Positions 29,094-42,700 of a stretch of DNA of 64,000 nt are shown here, one piece after another (the stretch's first letter is position 1; each line of letters opens with the position of its first letter). A model generated the notes under the pieces. It was not told the origin of the DNA and did no database searches. It was given only the letters and a program-made list of their open reading frames with translations. The position numbers and the translations under genes are program-made. Source of the stretch: Octopus vulgaris (taxonomy: Eukaryota). The stretch is from the NCBI GenBank assembly GCA_951406725.2, contig OX597822.1:39866001-39930000 (forward strand), read 5' to 3'.

Positions 29094-29508
29094 ATACTAC
29101 AATTATGAATAATTGTATATAGGGTTTAGCAACGAATTGCCTTACCACACACCTTAATTCGGTGTATGGTGAGGCAATTCGTTGCTGAACCCTTAATTGC
29201 TTAGTATTACTTGAATTTTCCTCGAATGAGGCTTTTACATGCCGAAATCTACTTGGTGTAATTAATAATTATTCCAAATTAATTAATTTCACCCTTTATT
29301 GTTACTGATAACCATATTTTATCCTAGTAAATGACCACAGCATCTTGTCTTGGCTACACGCGGGTGGAAGGGGGCTGGTGACACAAACTTTCATTCACAC
29401 TTTGAATTTCGTGGTACTGGTAACGCTTTGGCTCGCTCTGACACTGAGTTGAGATGATGCCTTCTAGTATCTCAAAATTTAATATACAATTATTCATAAT
29501 TGTAGTAT

Positions 29509-29600
29509 CCTACGCTGATGAGAAAAGAAGTTTGGGTAAGGTAGAATTATCTAATTCTTATGCTTTCCTAAAACTTGATTTCGAAACGTACGTCCGTAGG
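29509..29600 (+). ncRNA. Type I hammerhead with long stem II
   Basis: CCTACG-CTGATGA-[61-nt hairpin GAAA..AAGTTT..GAATT ATCT AATTC..AAACTT..TTTC]-GAA-ACGTACGT-C-CGTAGG; canonical core and GUC site. Confidence 0.87.
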
Positions 29601-29786
29601 TGACTTAAAATTGTATGATAGATTGCCGTCATTTCATTCTCTCTTACCTGTCTGTGTTTGCCATTCAAGTGCTGTATTTTTACTGAGATCTCCCTTTTAG
29701 TAGAAAGAATAGCTATAACTCTTTGACTGCTATTTCTAAATTCGGTGTGTGGTGAGGCAATTCGTTGCTAAACCCTTAATTGCTTA

Positions 29787-29846
<60 letters not shown>

Positions 29847-29935
29847 AAATCAATAAATAAAATATATGCATACATACATATATGTACGTACCTACATCTA
29901 CATGTATATATACATGCATATATAAATATATATAT

Positions 29936-30335
29936 GTGAGTACAGGACACCACAAATAGACGTAGAACTCAACGAGAAACGAAAACGTAAAAACAAACAT
30001 GGAAACGGACTTTTTTTAACAACGAGAAAACAGAGTATAAGACAAACAATACAAGGAAAATTCCCCTTCATCAGCTGTCCCTAGTTCGACTCCATGCGTG
30101 TTTCGAAGGTAAGGACAGAACATGACTCGTCGAACTAGCCCTTCCTGCGAAAGAATTAAATAAAATTCCTTTGCAGAGGGGTAAAAACAACGAAAGAAAA
30201 ATGTGACAAAAACAGGACGTAAAAACAATACAAATAAAAAACAAATACAAAATAAAAATACAAATACAAAAAAATACAGTACAAATAAAGAATAAAAACA
30301 GGACAAGGAAACAAACATTGAGGGCCTTTTTTTAG

Positions 30336-30337
<2 letters not shown>
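29936..30337 (-). mobile_element. Non-coding insert in (TA)n with hammerhead-like parts
   Basis: Inverted 10-mers CTAGTTCGAC (30081-30090) / GTCGAACTAG (30129-30138) enclose CGACGAG..CGAAAC..GTC on minus; separate CTGATGA at 30068-30074 (minus). Confidence 0.5.
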
Positions 30338-30390
<53 letters not shown>

Positions 30391-30391
30391 G

Positions 30392-30425
<34 letters not shown>

Positions 30426-30823
30426 TGTATGTATGTATGTATGTATGTATGTATGTATGTATGTATGTATGTATGAATGTGTGTGTGTGTATTTCATTGT
30501 ATCATGGACCTATAATCCTTTAAGGGACTCTAGCATCCTAGTTCCTCGGTTTATATTAGTATTTAGTAAAAACTAAATATATTAGTGTGATGCAGCACGG
30601 AATTTTGTCAGTCGCGATCTCAAAGCGATGAAAATATTTTGACAAATTAAATTTAAATGTTGAAGTGATTCTAACGACTTTTGTGTGTTTCTTAAATGGC
30701 TTATAAACACCTTCCACGCTGCAATTGTTTTCGTTGCAGCACCTGATCTCAGATCAGGTCACTTGCTATCGAAGTACATCTCCGTAAATATATTAGTTTC
30801 GCATATATATATATATATGTATG

Positions 30824-30908
<85 letters not shown>

Positions 30909-32008
30909 GTATTTTAAAATATTTATGAATGAGAAAAAGAAAAAAAAATGGGGAAATATATATAATGATATAACGATATATCAGCATCTGTCATAGGTCA
31001 ACCAACGCGCTGAAATGTAGCTCTCTTTTGGAAAATTTCTTCTTTGATGAAACTCTCAAGTAACCAGTTTCAATATGAAAATTTTAATTAAATTAAATTT
31101 ATTTTATTTAATTTCTGTAATTGAAGTTATTGGATATAGAAACGGCTGTAGGACTGGAATTTCACTATATCATTATATGGATTTGAATATCTTTAAATAA
31201 ATTGATGTTTGTGTATATGTATACAAACTTAGTGTACATGTGTGTTGAAAGCAATTTGAAAGTAAATAAATGAAATTAATTGTCTGGCACTTTATTACGA
31301 TAAAAACTATTAATTAGTACTATAAACATAATAATTAAAAACTATCATGATTACTTCAAAACGTTAATGGCTCCCTCACTTCCTCCTTGACTAAACCTTT
31401 TGGCGTATCCCGTTATTGTAATTTCAAAAAATTTTACTTCTTTTATTACTTATTCACCCTATTACCCCCATAGAAGAATTAACCCACCAATTAGTATTTT
31501 AAGTTTAGTCATATACTCAATGCCCCAAAACAACACAAAAGCAAAATGGCATGATCTAAAAATATAAAGCCTATCCTTTTCCCCTCGGGCTCATCTTCTC
31601 TGCTTAACTTTTCTTTTATGTATGAATTTTTCTTCACTTTGATGAAGTTTCATGTTCCAGATCGGATTTATTACCAAATATGATTAATATTATTTTTAGA
31701 ATATCAATGATAACGCCATATAATACTGGAAGCAGAAACAGCTGTTAGTTGGGATACAGTCTATTTGTATTGGATTAAAAGATAACAATTGATATAAATC
31801 AATTGTTGTTGATCAATACATCTCCATTTTTGTTTACTTTAAATTTAATTCCTGATAAACTCGTGTTTATCTTTGTCATTACCTGTAATCTATGGGCATA
31901 ATATGATTGCAAATGTATGTCCAGGCTTAACATTGGTAAATATACCGGTAGTATAACGGCTACTTTTATCCCTTGAACGGTTATTCCAACCTCTAACTCT
32001 ACTAACCT

Positions 32009-32162
<154 letters not shown>

Positions 32163-32435
32163 GCATACATGTATATATTCAAGCACGTTTGATGTATATA
32201 TACATATGTATATATATATATATATATATACATATATACATATGCATACACACACAAATATATATATACATGAATATATATATATATGTCTATATATAGA
32301 CTCGCACAATCCCCCAGTCTTACATGCATTATCACATATACGTGCAGTTGTAGACGTATAAACTAGCACACCATCAAACATATATGAGAAATTATATATA
32401 AACCTATATACAGTTGAGCTATGTTTGATTCTGCA

Positions 32436-32489
<54 letters not shown>

Positions 32490-32772
32490 CTTATATATAA
32501 TCACAAAAACTAAACATATATACACTTAAATCCATCAGAAGTCGCAATTATTACGTGGATATATAATTTGCAACACAAAAATCTGTTAGGTACATATATT
32601 TTATTTAGGCGCCTTATATACAGTTAAGAACATATATTAAATGTGCATTACTCCTCCCATACATACACACACTCACACATATACACATATCCATGCACAT
32701 ATCAATGCAGATATACATACACACACATGCATATATATATATATACATAAATATAATGATATATGTTTATGT

Positions 32773-32833
<61 letters not shown>

Positions 32834-33030
32834 CGTATATATATATACAGAGAGAGGGAGACTGAGAGAGATTTATATATGTACATATATTATATATACT
32901 AATAAGCATACATATATAATACATATGCATATATATATTCATGTATGTTATTTATGTGTATATATATATACTTAGATATATATACACATACATACATATA
33001 CATACATATGCATATACATACATACATACA

Positions 33031-33079
<49 letters not shown>

Positions 33080-33101
33080 GTGTATATATAGATAAATATA
33101 C

Positions 33102-33154
<53 letters not shown>

Positions 33155-33970
33155 TATATAGATATATATATATATGCATAAATACATTCGTGCATGTTTG
33201 TGTGGGTATGCGCGCGCATTTGTCAGTGTGTACATGTAAAGTTGAAAATTGTACAAATACACATAAACAAATAAATAACGATACATATGATATCATACAG
33301 AAAAGCTGCATATACACATACATAAGTATATAGAGAAGTATATTTTAGTACACAAACACACACACATTTATTTATTTATTTATTTATTTATTCATTCATT
33401 TATTTATTTATTTATATAATCACATACGCAAATATATAATTACGTAACTGCCACACATTTCACATCACACGACTCACATCCGCACTTCCCACCACGAACA
33501 AAGCTTTCAATTCCATCATATCACTGATCTTATGAAATCTATAATTTAGACCCAAGGCCGAAATCGTCATTAGAGTCTCAAAGCCCCATGAAACTGTAAA
33601 TTATGAAGCAGCGTGAAAACTTTACTTTGATAAAGCTCAAATTACGGCTGCCAGTCAATATGGCGGCGTAGTGCATTATTTCAATCCTTTCTCTCTACGC
33701 TGAACGCCACCGCCATTTTCATCGTGATTTTTCTTCCTTGTTTTTCTTGCTATTTCATTTTTTTTCTTTTCGTTTCTTTTTGTAATCTTTTTTCTTATTG
33801 TTTGCTTGTTGGTTTGTCTTTCTTTCATTCGTATAATTATTATTTTGTTGTCGGAAAAATTAATAAGTTTTAACAATTTTGTTATCTGACAATATTTTCC
33901 ATATACGCATGCGCACGCATTTACGTATTTGTGATTCTGAGTAGGCTTGCATATGTATGTGTTTGTTGCC

Positions 33971-34019
<49 letters not shown>

Positions 34020-34416
34020 TGTGTGTGTGTGTGTGTGTATGTATGTGTGTGTTTGTGGGTGCGTGTGTAATTGTGCTTGTGCGTTTGGGATATGTTTGCG
34101 TTTGTACGAATGTGTGTGTGTACGTTTGCATTTGGGTGTGTGTGCGCTGTGGTATCAGCATATATGTGTGCACGCTTGTGCATGCTTTTGTGTATGTGCT
34201 GAGCAACGGACTTCTGCGTATGTATCTATGTCTGTGCATGAAGATGAGTGTGTGTGTGAGTGCTTAGATGTGTGTAGATTTTGTTTTGTTTCGTTTTTCT
34301 GTAAAATGGAAAATTTTGTGCATTGGGTTTCTACTTTCCATCAAACGCCCGTATACAGGGACAATGCATACATACATGCAAACATACATATATAATATAT
34401 ATGTGTATATATAAAG

Positions 34417-34644
34417 GGCGGCGAGCTGGCAGAAACGTTAGCACGCCGGGCGAAATGCGTAGCCGTATTTCGTCTGCCGTTAAGTGTTCTGAGTTCAAAT
34501 TCCGCCGACGTCGACTTTGCCTTTCATCCTTTCGGGGTCGATAAATTAAGTACCAGTTACGCACTGGGATCGATGTGATCGATTTAATCCCTTTGTCTGT
34601 CCTTGTTTGTCCCCTCTATGTTTAGCCCCATGTGGGTAGTCAAG
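34417..34644 (+). mobile_element. SINE family B, near-complete
   Basis: GGCGGCGAGCTGGCAGAAACGTTAGCACGCCGGGCG..GTTCAAATTCC..GCCTTTCATCCTTTCGGGGTCGATAAATTAAGTACCAG. Confidence 0.9.
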
Positions 34645-34665
34645 ATATATATATATGTGTATATA

Positions 34666-34717
<52 letters not shown>

Positions 34718-34854
34718 GTGTGTGTGTGTGTACTAATATATATATATATATATGCAAGCATACGCATACATGCAAATACATACACAGAAGTACACACACA
34801 CATATGTATATTTATATATATATATATATGTATGTATATATATATATATATATT

Positions 34855-34887
<33 letters not shown>

Positions 34888-35025
34888 AGGGAGAGGCACA
34901 TACATATATTCATTCATAAACGCATACGCACTCGCATTCATATATGTGTCAGACATAAATATACGCAGAATGTACGTACATATATAGATTTTCCCATAAG
35001 CATTTGTATATGGAATACTTACACA

Positions 35026-35126
<101 letters not shown>

Positions 35127-35214
35127 GCCGATATCGTGTAGGTACACACAAACACTCCCACACATGTATATAATATATGAGTACATGACACACAAATTTC
35201 TCTCCCTCTAACTG

Positions 35215-36290
<1,076 letters not shown>

Positions 36291-36466
36291 ATCTATCTTT
36301 GTGTGCGTACACACATGTATATGTACACACACACACACACATATATATATATACGTGTGTGTGAGAGTGTATGTACGTGTGCGTGTGTGTATGTGTGTGC
36401 TTGTGTGAGTATGTGTGTGAATAGATAGTTAATGTGTGTCTATATCTTTATATAGTTATGTGTATT

Positions 36467-36514
<48 letters not shown>

Positions 36515-36719
36515 GAGAGAGAGAGAGAGGGAGATGCATTATTATACATATACATATACATATATGTGTACATATAAGTATGTATGTATATATATATATA
36601 TATATATTGATAAAAATGGTAGCACAACAAAAGAACGAAAGGGACCTCGATATTAAACAGAGGAATTTATCTGTAAATGTAATATGTGACAATTATTCGG
36701 TAGTTACGGTGACTTTTTT

Positions 36720-37020
36720 AACGGGTGGAGAGCTGAACCAGCCTGGGGTACAGAGGATTCACAATCGAGACTAGGGTCTGAAAGTTTACCACACCATAGT
36801 GGGTTATACCATCGTTCCTCTGCTTTGTGGCAGAAGTAGGAAGAAAGAGTGAGAGAAAGTTGTGGTGAAAGAGTACAGCGGGGTCCCCCCCCCGCCTGAG
36901 CCTTGTAGACCTTAGGTGTTTTTGCTCAATAAACACTCACAATGCTCGGTCTGGGAATCGAAACCGCGTTCTTACGACCGCGAGTCCGCTGCCCTAACCA
37001 CTGGGCCATTGCGCCTCCAC
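36720..37020 (-). mobile_element. SINE family C (tRNA-Arg-like head) with alternative 3' tail
   Basis: Head GTGGAGGCGCAATGGCCCAGTGGTTAGGGCAGCGGACTCGCGG..TTTCGATTCCC shared with 60842-61150; sequence left of about 36840 differs from that copy's tail. Confidence 0.8.
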
Positions 37021-37639
37021 TGCTGCTGCTGTATCAAGCTGTTGAAAGCTTAATCCAATTTCTTGTAAAAATACTGCTGCTCAAGATAACTGATTCGATA
37101 TCGTTCATTTGATTAGTCAACCAGGCAACGCTGAAGGCCTTCTTGTGACTTGGGAATGTAATGAATAATAAGTGCCTTTTTTTTATTCTTTTTAGTTTTG
37201 GAGATCTTTAATGGTTCAATACCAAGGCCATTGTTTAAAATGTGATAGTTTTTCTTAATTTTCCAGGCCTCTGAAACTGGAATATATGTTATAGCTTGTA
37301 CTACAAATAACAGAAATAATACTTTCACTGTTGGAATGAGGTGTTAAATTTAATTAAAAGAAAAAAAAAAATTCCGGCTATTCATTTCTCATTCGCACTC
37401 AACCAAATAGAGAACTGCTCTGATGCCAATATGAATATTGAATTAGACACATCTGCCAAAGTTACTCAAGATAAGTGACAAATAAATCAAAACTTTGTAT
37501 AAGATATTGCATTCAAAGAATGAGATGAGAATAAACAAATTATACCAGTAATTAGGAATGAATGAAACTGAGAAATTATAACAGAGACAGAGCGAAGGAG
37601 AAAACGAGAAAAGTGTCTGACGGAAGAGTTTATTTTTTT

Positions 37640-38700
37640 CAAATTTTGGCACAAGGCCAGCAATTTCAGAGAAGGAGGCTAGTCAATTACATCGACCCAA
37701 ATGCTCAACTGGTACCTAAGTTATCGACCCCCCCCCCCCCCACAAAGAATAAGTCGATCTCGGCGGAATTTGAACTCAGAACGTGGAGACGGGTGAAATG
37801 CTACTAAGCATTTTTGTCCGGTGGGCTAACGATTCTTATTTCTTTATTGCTCACAAGGAGTTAAACATAGAGGGGACAAGCAAGGACATTAAGTCGATTA
37901 CATCGAACCCAGTGCGTAACTGGTACTTAATTTATCGACCCAGAATGAATGAGAGGCAAAGTCGACCTCGGCGGAATTTGAACTCAGAACGTAGCGGCAG
38001 ACGAAACACCTATTTCTTTACTACCCTCAAGGGGCTAAACACAGAGAGGACAAACAAGGACAGACAAACGGATTAAGTCGATTATATTGACCCCAGTGCG
38101 TAACTGGTATTTATTTAATCGACCCCGAAAGGATGAAAGGCAAAGTCGACCACGGCGGAATTTGAACTCAGAACGTAACGGCAGACGAAATACGAATTTC
38201 TTTATTGCCCACCGGGGGCCAAACATAGAAATGGACCGAACAACTGATGGGATCAGTGAAGCGATATGATTTTACATATAATGTGACTTTAAAAATTTTA
38301 ATACAATATTTAAAAATCGAATGGAATTAACAATACAAGAACAATACAAATGAATCGATGATCAGGCCGCGCTCCGACCCCACAAGCTCCGATCTACCGC
38401 TGGTACCTTTTTTCTTCTTTTTTTTTCTGTCTATTCACACAGTTCCTTGCACGCACAACACTCGTGCAATACCTATTTCTTTACTACCCACAAGGGGCTA
38501 AACACAGAGAGGACAAACAAGGACAGACAGACGGATTAAGTCGATTACATCGACCCCAGTGCGTAACTGGTACTTATTTAATCGGCCCCCAAAGGATGAA
38601 AGGCAAAGTCGACCACGGCGACATTTGAACTCAGAACGTAGCGGCAGGCGAAATACGGCTACGCATTTCGCCCGGCGTGCTAAAGTTTCTGCCAGCTCGC
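37640..38700 (-). mobile_element. Tandem cluster of SINE family B units
   Basis: Units at about 37640-37833, 37836-38008, 38009-38192, partial 38195-38230 and 38470-38700. Confidence 0.88.
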
Positions 38701-39176
38701 AACCCCAGCGGAGTAATTAATAAAAAAAAAAACCCACAACCTAAACTCAATGACCGATACAAGATAAAAGATATCGACATACAAGACATCAGTTTCAATA
38801 TAATCATCTAAAAATTACGTGAATTGAAGAGCTAAGACAGAAAAACTAGAAAAGCTACAACTGCATTATAAACCTACCGTACTAAATCTGATATAAATAA
38901 GATGTAACTACTGTGAACACACAAAGAGGCCAGATACAATTAATGGACTATTAGAGAATAATCAAAGTGGATATAATAAAACATTTAAAAGGAAACAAAA
39001 GGGAAACTCATTAGAATTACATGTAAAAAACAAAAAAAACTACAAAACAGAACAACAAAAACCCTCCCAGTTGTTCGCTGTATACAACGGGAAAAATACA
39101 AGCTAAAAGTTAATTGCACCAGAGAAAAAATGATTTAGATGATGACAAAATAACGGCAGAAAACGTTATATATATG

Positions 39177-39233
<57 letters not shown>

Positions 39234-39479
39234 AAGTGGAACTTTAGAAAAAGAAAATTAAAGAAGTAATATAAAAATAAAAAAAAGCAACAACCTTTCT
39301 CTGACCAATATTCTGCAAGACTATAAATGGAGAAAATAAACCATTATGACTGCAAATGAAAGCTAAAAGAATCTGGAATAAAAGCAAAACACTGAAACGG
39401 AAAGTTTGATTTTTAAGACTTCTCTGTCAAAAATAACCAAGATCGAATAATGAAACAAGAGGCTGATTTCGACTGGAGA

Positions 39480-40342
39480 TTTGTATCAAACTGGCCACAA
39501 GACTTCTGGTTGACCTGTCCTCACCAAGCTCTTGAATGTCAGAATCCTCCCTGCGGCTGATTGGGTGAAGTCAAACGTAATTTTGACCCTATAGACCCAA
39601 TCAGCCAATGATCTGGTTTTGTCGGATTTTTTAACAATGGCCAGTTCCAGGTACCCGGTGATCCTTGCGGGACGCCCCCACCCCCAAGTGTCACCTGTGC
39701 CTGGAATTTGGTCACATAAAGAAAAACTGTCGCCGGGACCAAGCAAAGGTCCTGGAGCAGTTAATAGACGAAGAGCCTCCTGCTTCCTCCATTGGAAGGA
39801 AAGAGGGAGGAAGTCGAAAGGAAAATAGGAAGAAGGTGGGCAACCATTGTTGCCCACCTATGGATCCTGAGGCGGCGGGAGGGAAGGAAAGGCTTCCGGA
39901 CATGAAGGAGGAACTCCACCCTCCCGTCGTAAAGGAGAAGAGAAAAAGAAGAAAGAAAAAGAATGGGGCATCGCATGCGGTTGATGGTGAACTGTCGGCA
40001 TGCCCGGAAACTTTGTCGGTGGGATGTGTGCCACCGACAGAGAAATCAGCGGCCCCTTCCAAGAGACATGATTTTGTCATCTTCTTCCAGAAAGGAGGGA
40101 CAATACAGAGCTACGTAGAGATGCTGGATGATCGGAGGGAGGAGCCCATGCCCTGGACAGAGGGCGAGGAGTGGTCTTCGCAGGTGACTAGGAAGGTCAT
40201 ATCGGATGTCGCTATGGTCAGGGTGATGAACACCTTCTCAAAGAACATGTTTAAATACGCCTTCTGGGGCCCAGACCTGGAGCTGGAGCATTGCCTAAGG
40301 GAAGCGTACAGCCTGGTCTGGGAGGAGTGGCTTTGTGCATAG
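39480..40342 (+). pseudogene. LINE ORF1/gag-like protein with CCHC zinc knuckle (Tx1/L1-like), frameshifted
   Basis: CHLCLEFGHIKKNC at 39689-39730 in ORF 39665-40342, basic KEKRKRRKKK; upstream frame ..YPVILAGRP joins by frameshift at a C run. Confidence 0.68.
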
Positions 40343-40358
40343 TATTTATATATATATA

Positions 40359-40722
40359 CTAGCATTATCGCCCGGCGTTGCTCGGGTTTGTAAGGGAAAT
40401 AACTATAAAGCATTTTTAGATAGTTATAGCCAAAAAATAGCAAAAAATGCATTAAAAATAAATTATGGTAATTTTTTTTTTAAATCGTTGACTCATCGTA
40501 GACATTTTTAGAGAGTTACTTCCCTTATATAATAGCGAAAAAATGCATTAAAATGGAAAAACATGATGGTAAAATATTTTAAAAATCGTAGACTCATCGT
40601 AGACGCGCACTAATACCCAGAAGGGCTCAATATGAATCACGACTATAAGATACCCGGTTTTGGTTAAACTGCATCGCAAAATGTGGGAGTAGTTAGGAAT
40701 CTAAATCGGAGTAGACAGACAC
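40359..40722 (-). mobile_element. Non-autonomous Helitron (family of 54582-55087)
   Basis: CTAG at 40359-40362 next to hairpin CCCGGCGTTGCTCGGG; body is the reverse complement of parts of 54582-55087. Confidence 0.82.
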
Positions 40723-42177
40723 ATAAAGATATTATATGTAATTATTGAACTATGTTGTTGTTTGTAATGGACTGTTAAGTCCAAAAATTGAAAAATTGTA
40801 AATGTTGTAAGAGGTTTAATACCTCGTTTTGTGTTTGGTTTTAAAGAACAATGTTTTAGAGAAGCAGAATCAGCGGGCGCTTTTGTCTTCTCCCATCCTT
40901 ATTATCTTTGTTTCATTATCATTCATTTCATTAATGTCCTTGTCCAACCCGCAAAGTTACTTTATGTACTGCCTTTATGGCAAATATAATGAAATAAAGA
41001 CGTAGTAACAGTGACTGTGATTAATGTAATAAGACAATCGACCGCATCATTTGTGGTTGACAAGTCTTGCAACGACATATTATATAAGATTATGTAATCA
41101 ATGCAGAGAGACAACTGATCACATCATTTCCAGATGATTAGTCCTTATAAAGACAGATTATATCGCCTGAGGTGACAGGAAAGCAGCAAGATGGTGGTAT
41201 TTCGACATGCACACTGAGAATAAGTGATTTAGTCTTGCACGAAAACCATAGAGTGACGATTACCTGGCGATAATAATCTGGGACAAACATGAACAAGGTG
41301 TCAATGATATCAAGGAGAACGGCCCAGATGCCATACTCCAAGGCAACATAATAACTATACATTCTGATAGAGATTAAATGCATTCAGCACAGAATATATC
41401 TTCAATATACATACCGGAAGTGCCTGATAGTTGTTTCTCATTTATGCACAAAACATGACATTTTTTAGATCCGGGTTAATCGATTACATCAATCCTATTA
41501 TTTCATTGGTACTTCATTTTATCAGCCCTGAAAGTGTGAAAGGCAAAGTTTGCTTCGGCGTGATTTGAACTCAACGCATAAAGAACCGAATAGTTTAAGG
41601 CTCTAACAATTCTTCCGCCCACCACGATTCTACCAACCTAAACAGCTGCAACTGAAGCAGAGTGTAGATAAAAGATAACATATCACATACTGCGAGTATA
41701 AGGAAAATATTTTGAAAGAGAAAAGAAATACTGACAACACTTATCTAATGAGATGCTAAACTGTCGCTGATAAGCCTTCAATATGAGATGAAATGTGTTC
41801 AGATTTGTCTCCCCTATATGTCAAGGAAAGCCTACTAACTCTTACGGATATCATACTGTTATATCATTTATCTGGTCTTATTTTATTTTGACAATTCTTC
41901 GAACATTAAAAATGCATTTACTTATTCAATTCTCATTTTACAACAGTTCGCTTCGCTTCGGTTCGGTTGATCTGTTGAAGTTCACCCGCAAATATAAAGA
42001 AAGGTACACACTTATAAACATTTGTACTTATTCAAACACCCACTCATGGAAATACAAATACACACTCACTGGCACAATAAAACGAACATCCTCAATATCG
42101 AACATTGTCATAGAATACACGTATACATATTTGCATGCATACATACATATATACATTCACATATATGTGTGGGCATG

Positions 42178-42375
42178 TACAGGGTGTTCAAAAAGTCTCT
42201 CTGCAGTAAGTATTGCAAAATAAAATATTTATAAGATGGTCTAAGACTACAAAAGAATATATTGGAGTTGAAAGTGTCGTCCTTCATTTTCAATACGTAA
42301 GTTGACTCTCCTACACATGTTTTAAAATACATCTTGGAGAAAAAAACTGCGGAGAAACTTTTTCAACACCTTGTA
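42178..42375. mobile_element. Tc1/mariner MITE
   Basis: TACAGGGTGTTCAAAAAGTCTCTCTGCAGT and ACTGCGGAGAAACTTTTTCAACACCTTGTA as imperfect TIRs; interior duplicates 42405-42475. Confidence 0.75.
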
Positions 42376-42399
42376 TAATAAATAGACTTGGCAAAACAC

Positions 42400-42700
42400 G
42401 TATTGAAAATGTCCTCCTTCATTTTCAATACATAAGTTGTCTCTCCTACACATGTTTTCAAATACATCTTGGAGAGTCTGATGTGGTATGGTCCATGTGA
42501 AGGTTATGATTGCGTCTTTTAATTCATTAAGGTTTTCGGGCGATACTTGTACACAGATCCTTTACTTGCTTCCCAGAGAAAAAAATGTCTGGCGGTGTTA
42601 AATCAGGTGGTCTTGGTGGCCAAAATCACTTCGAAATAATCCGTTCACCGCAAAAAACTGTGGAAAATTGAATTAATTGGGCATGGAAACAGCTGTAGGA
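42400..42700 (-). pseudogene. Tc1/mariner transposase C-terminal fragment
   Basis: WPPRPPDLTPPD / FFLWEASKGSVYKYRPKTLNELKDAI..CIENEGGHFQ across a frameshift. Confidence 0.78.

Larger units (their letters stand above)
28997..29790. mobile_element. Non-coding hammerhead cassette (PLE pLTR- or retrozyme-like) in (TA)n
   Basis: 124-bp inverted arms 28997-29120 / 29482-29605 (one mismatch), hairpin 29121-29193, about 52-bp direct repeat 29156-29207 / 29739-29790, (TA)n on both flanks. Confidence 0.8.

Noticed and set aside
38404-38445. Polypyrimidine tract ending CACAG, a possible splice acceptor
   Set aside because: No downstream ORF or donor before the next SINE; insufficient evidence for an exon.
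37640-38700. Repeat-spacer-like periodicity suggesting a CRISPR array
   Set aside because: Units are ~180-bp SINE copies in eukaryotic DNA; no unique spacers or cas genes.
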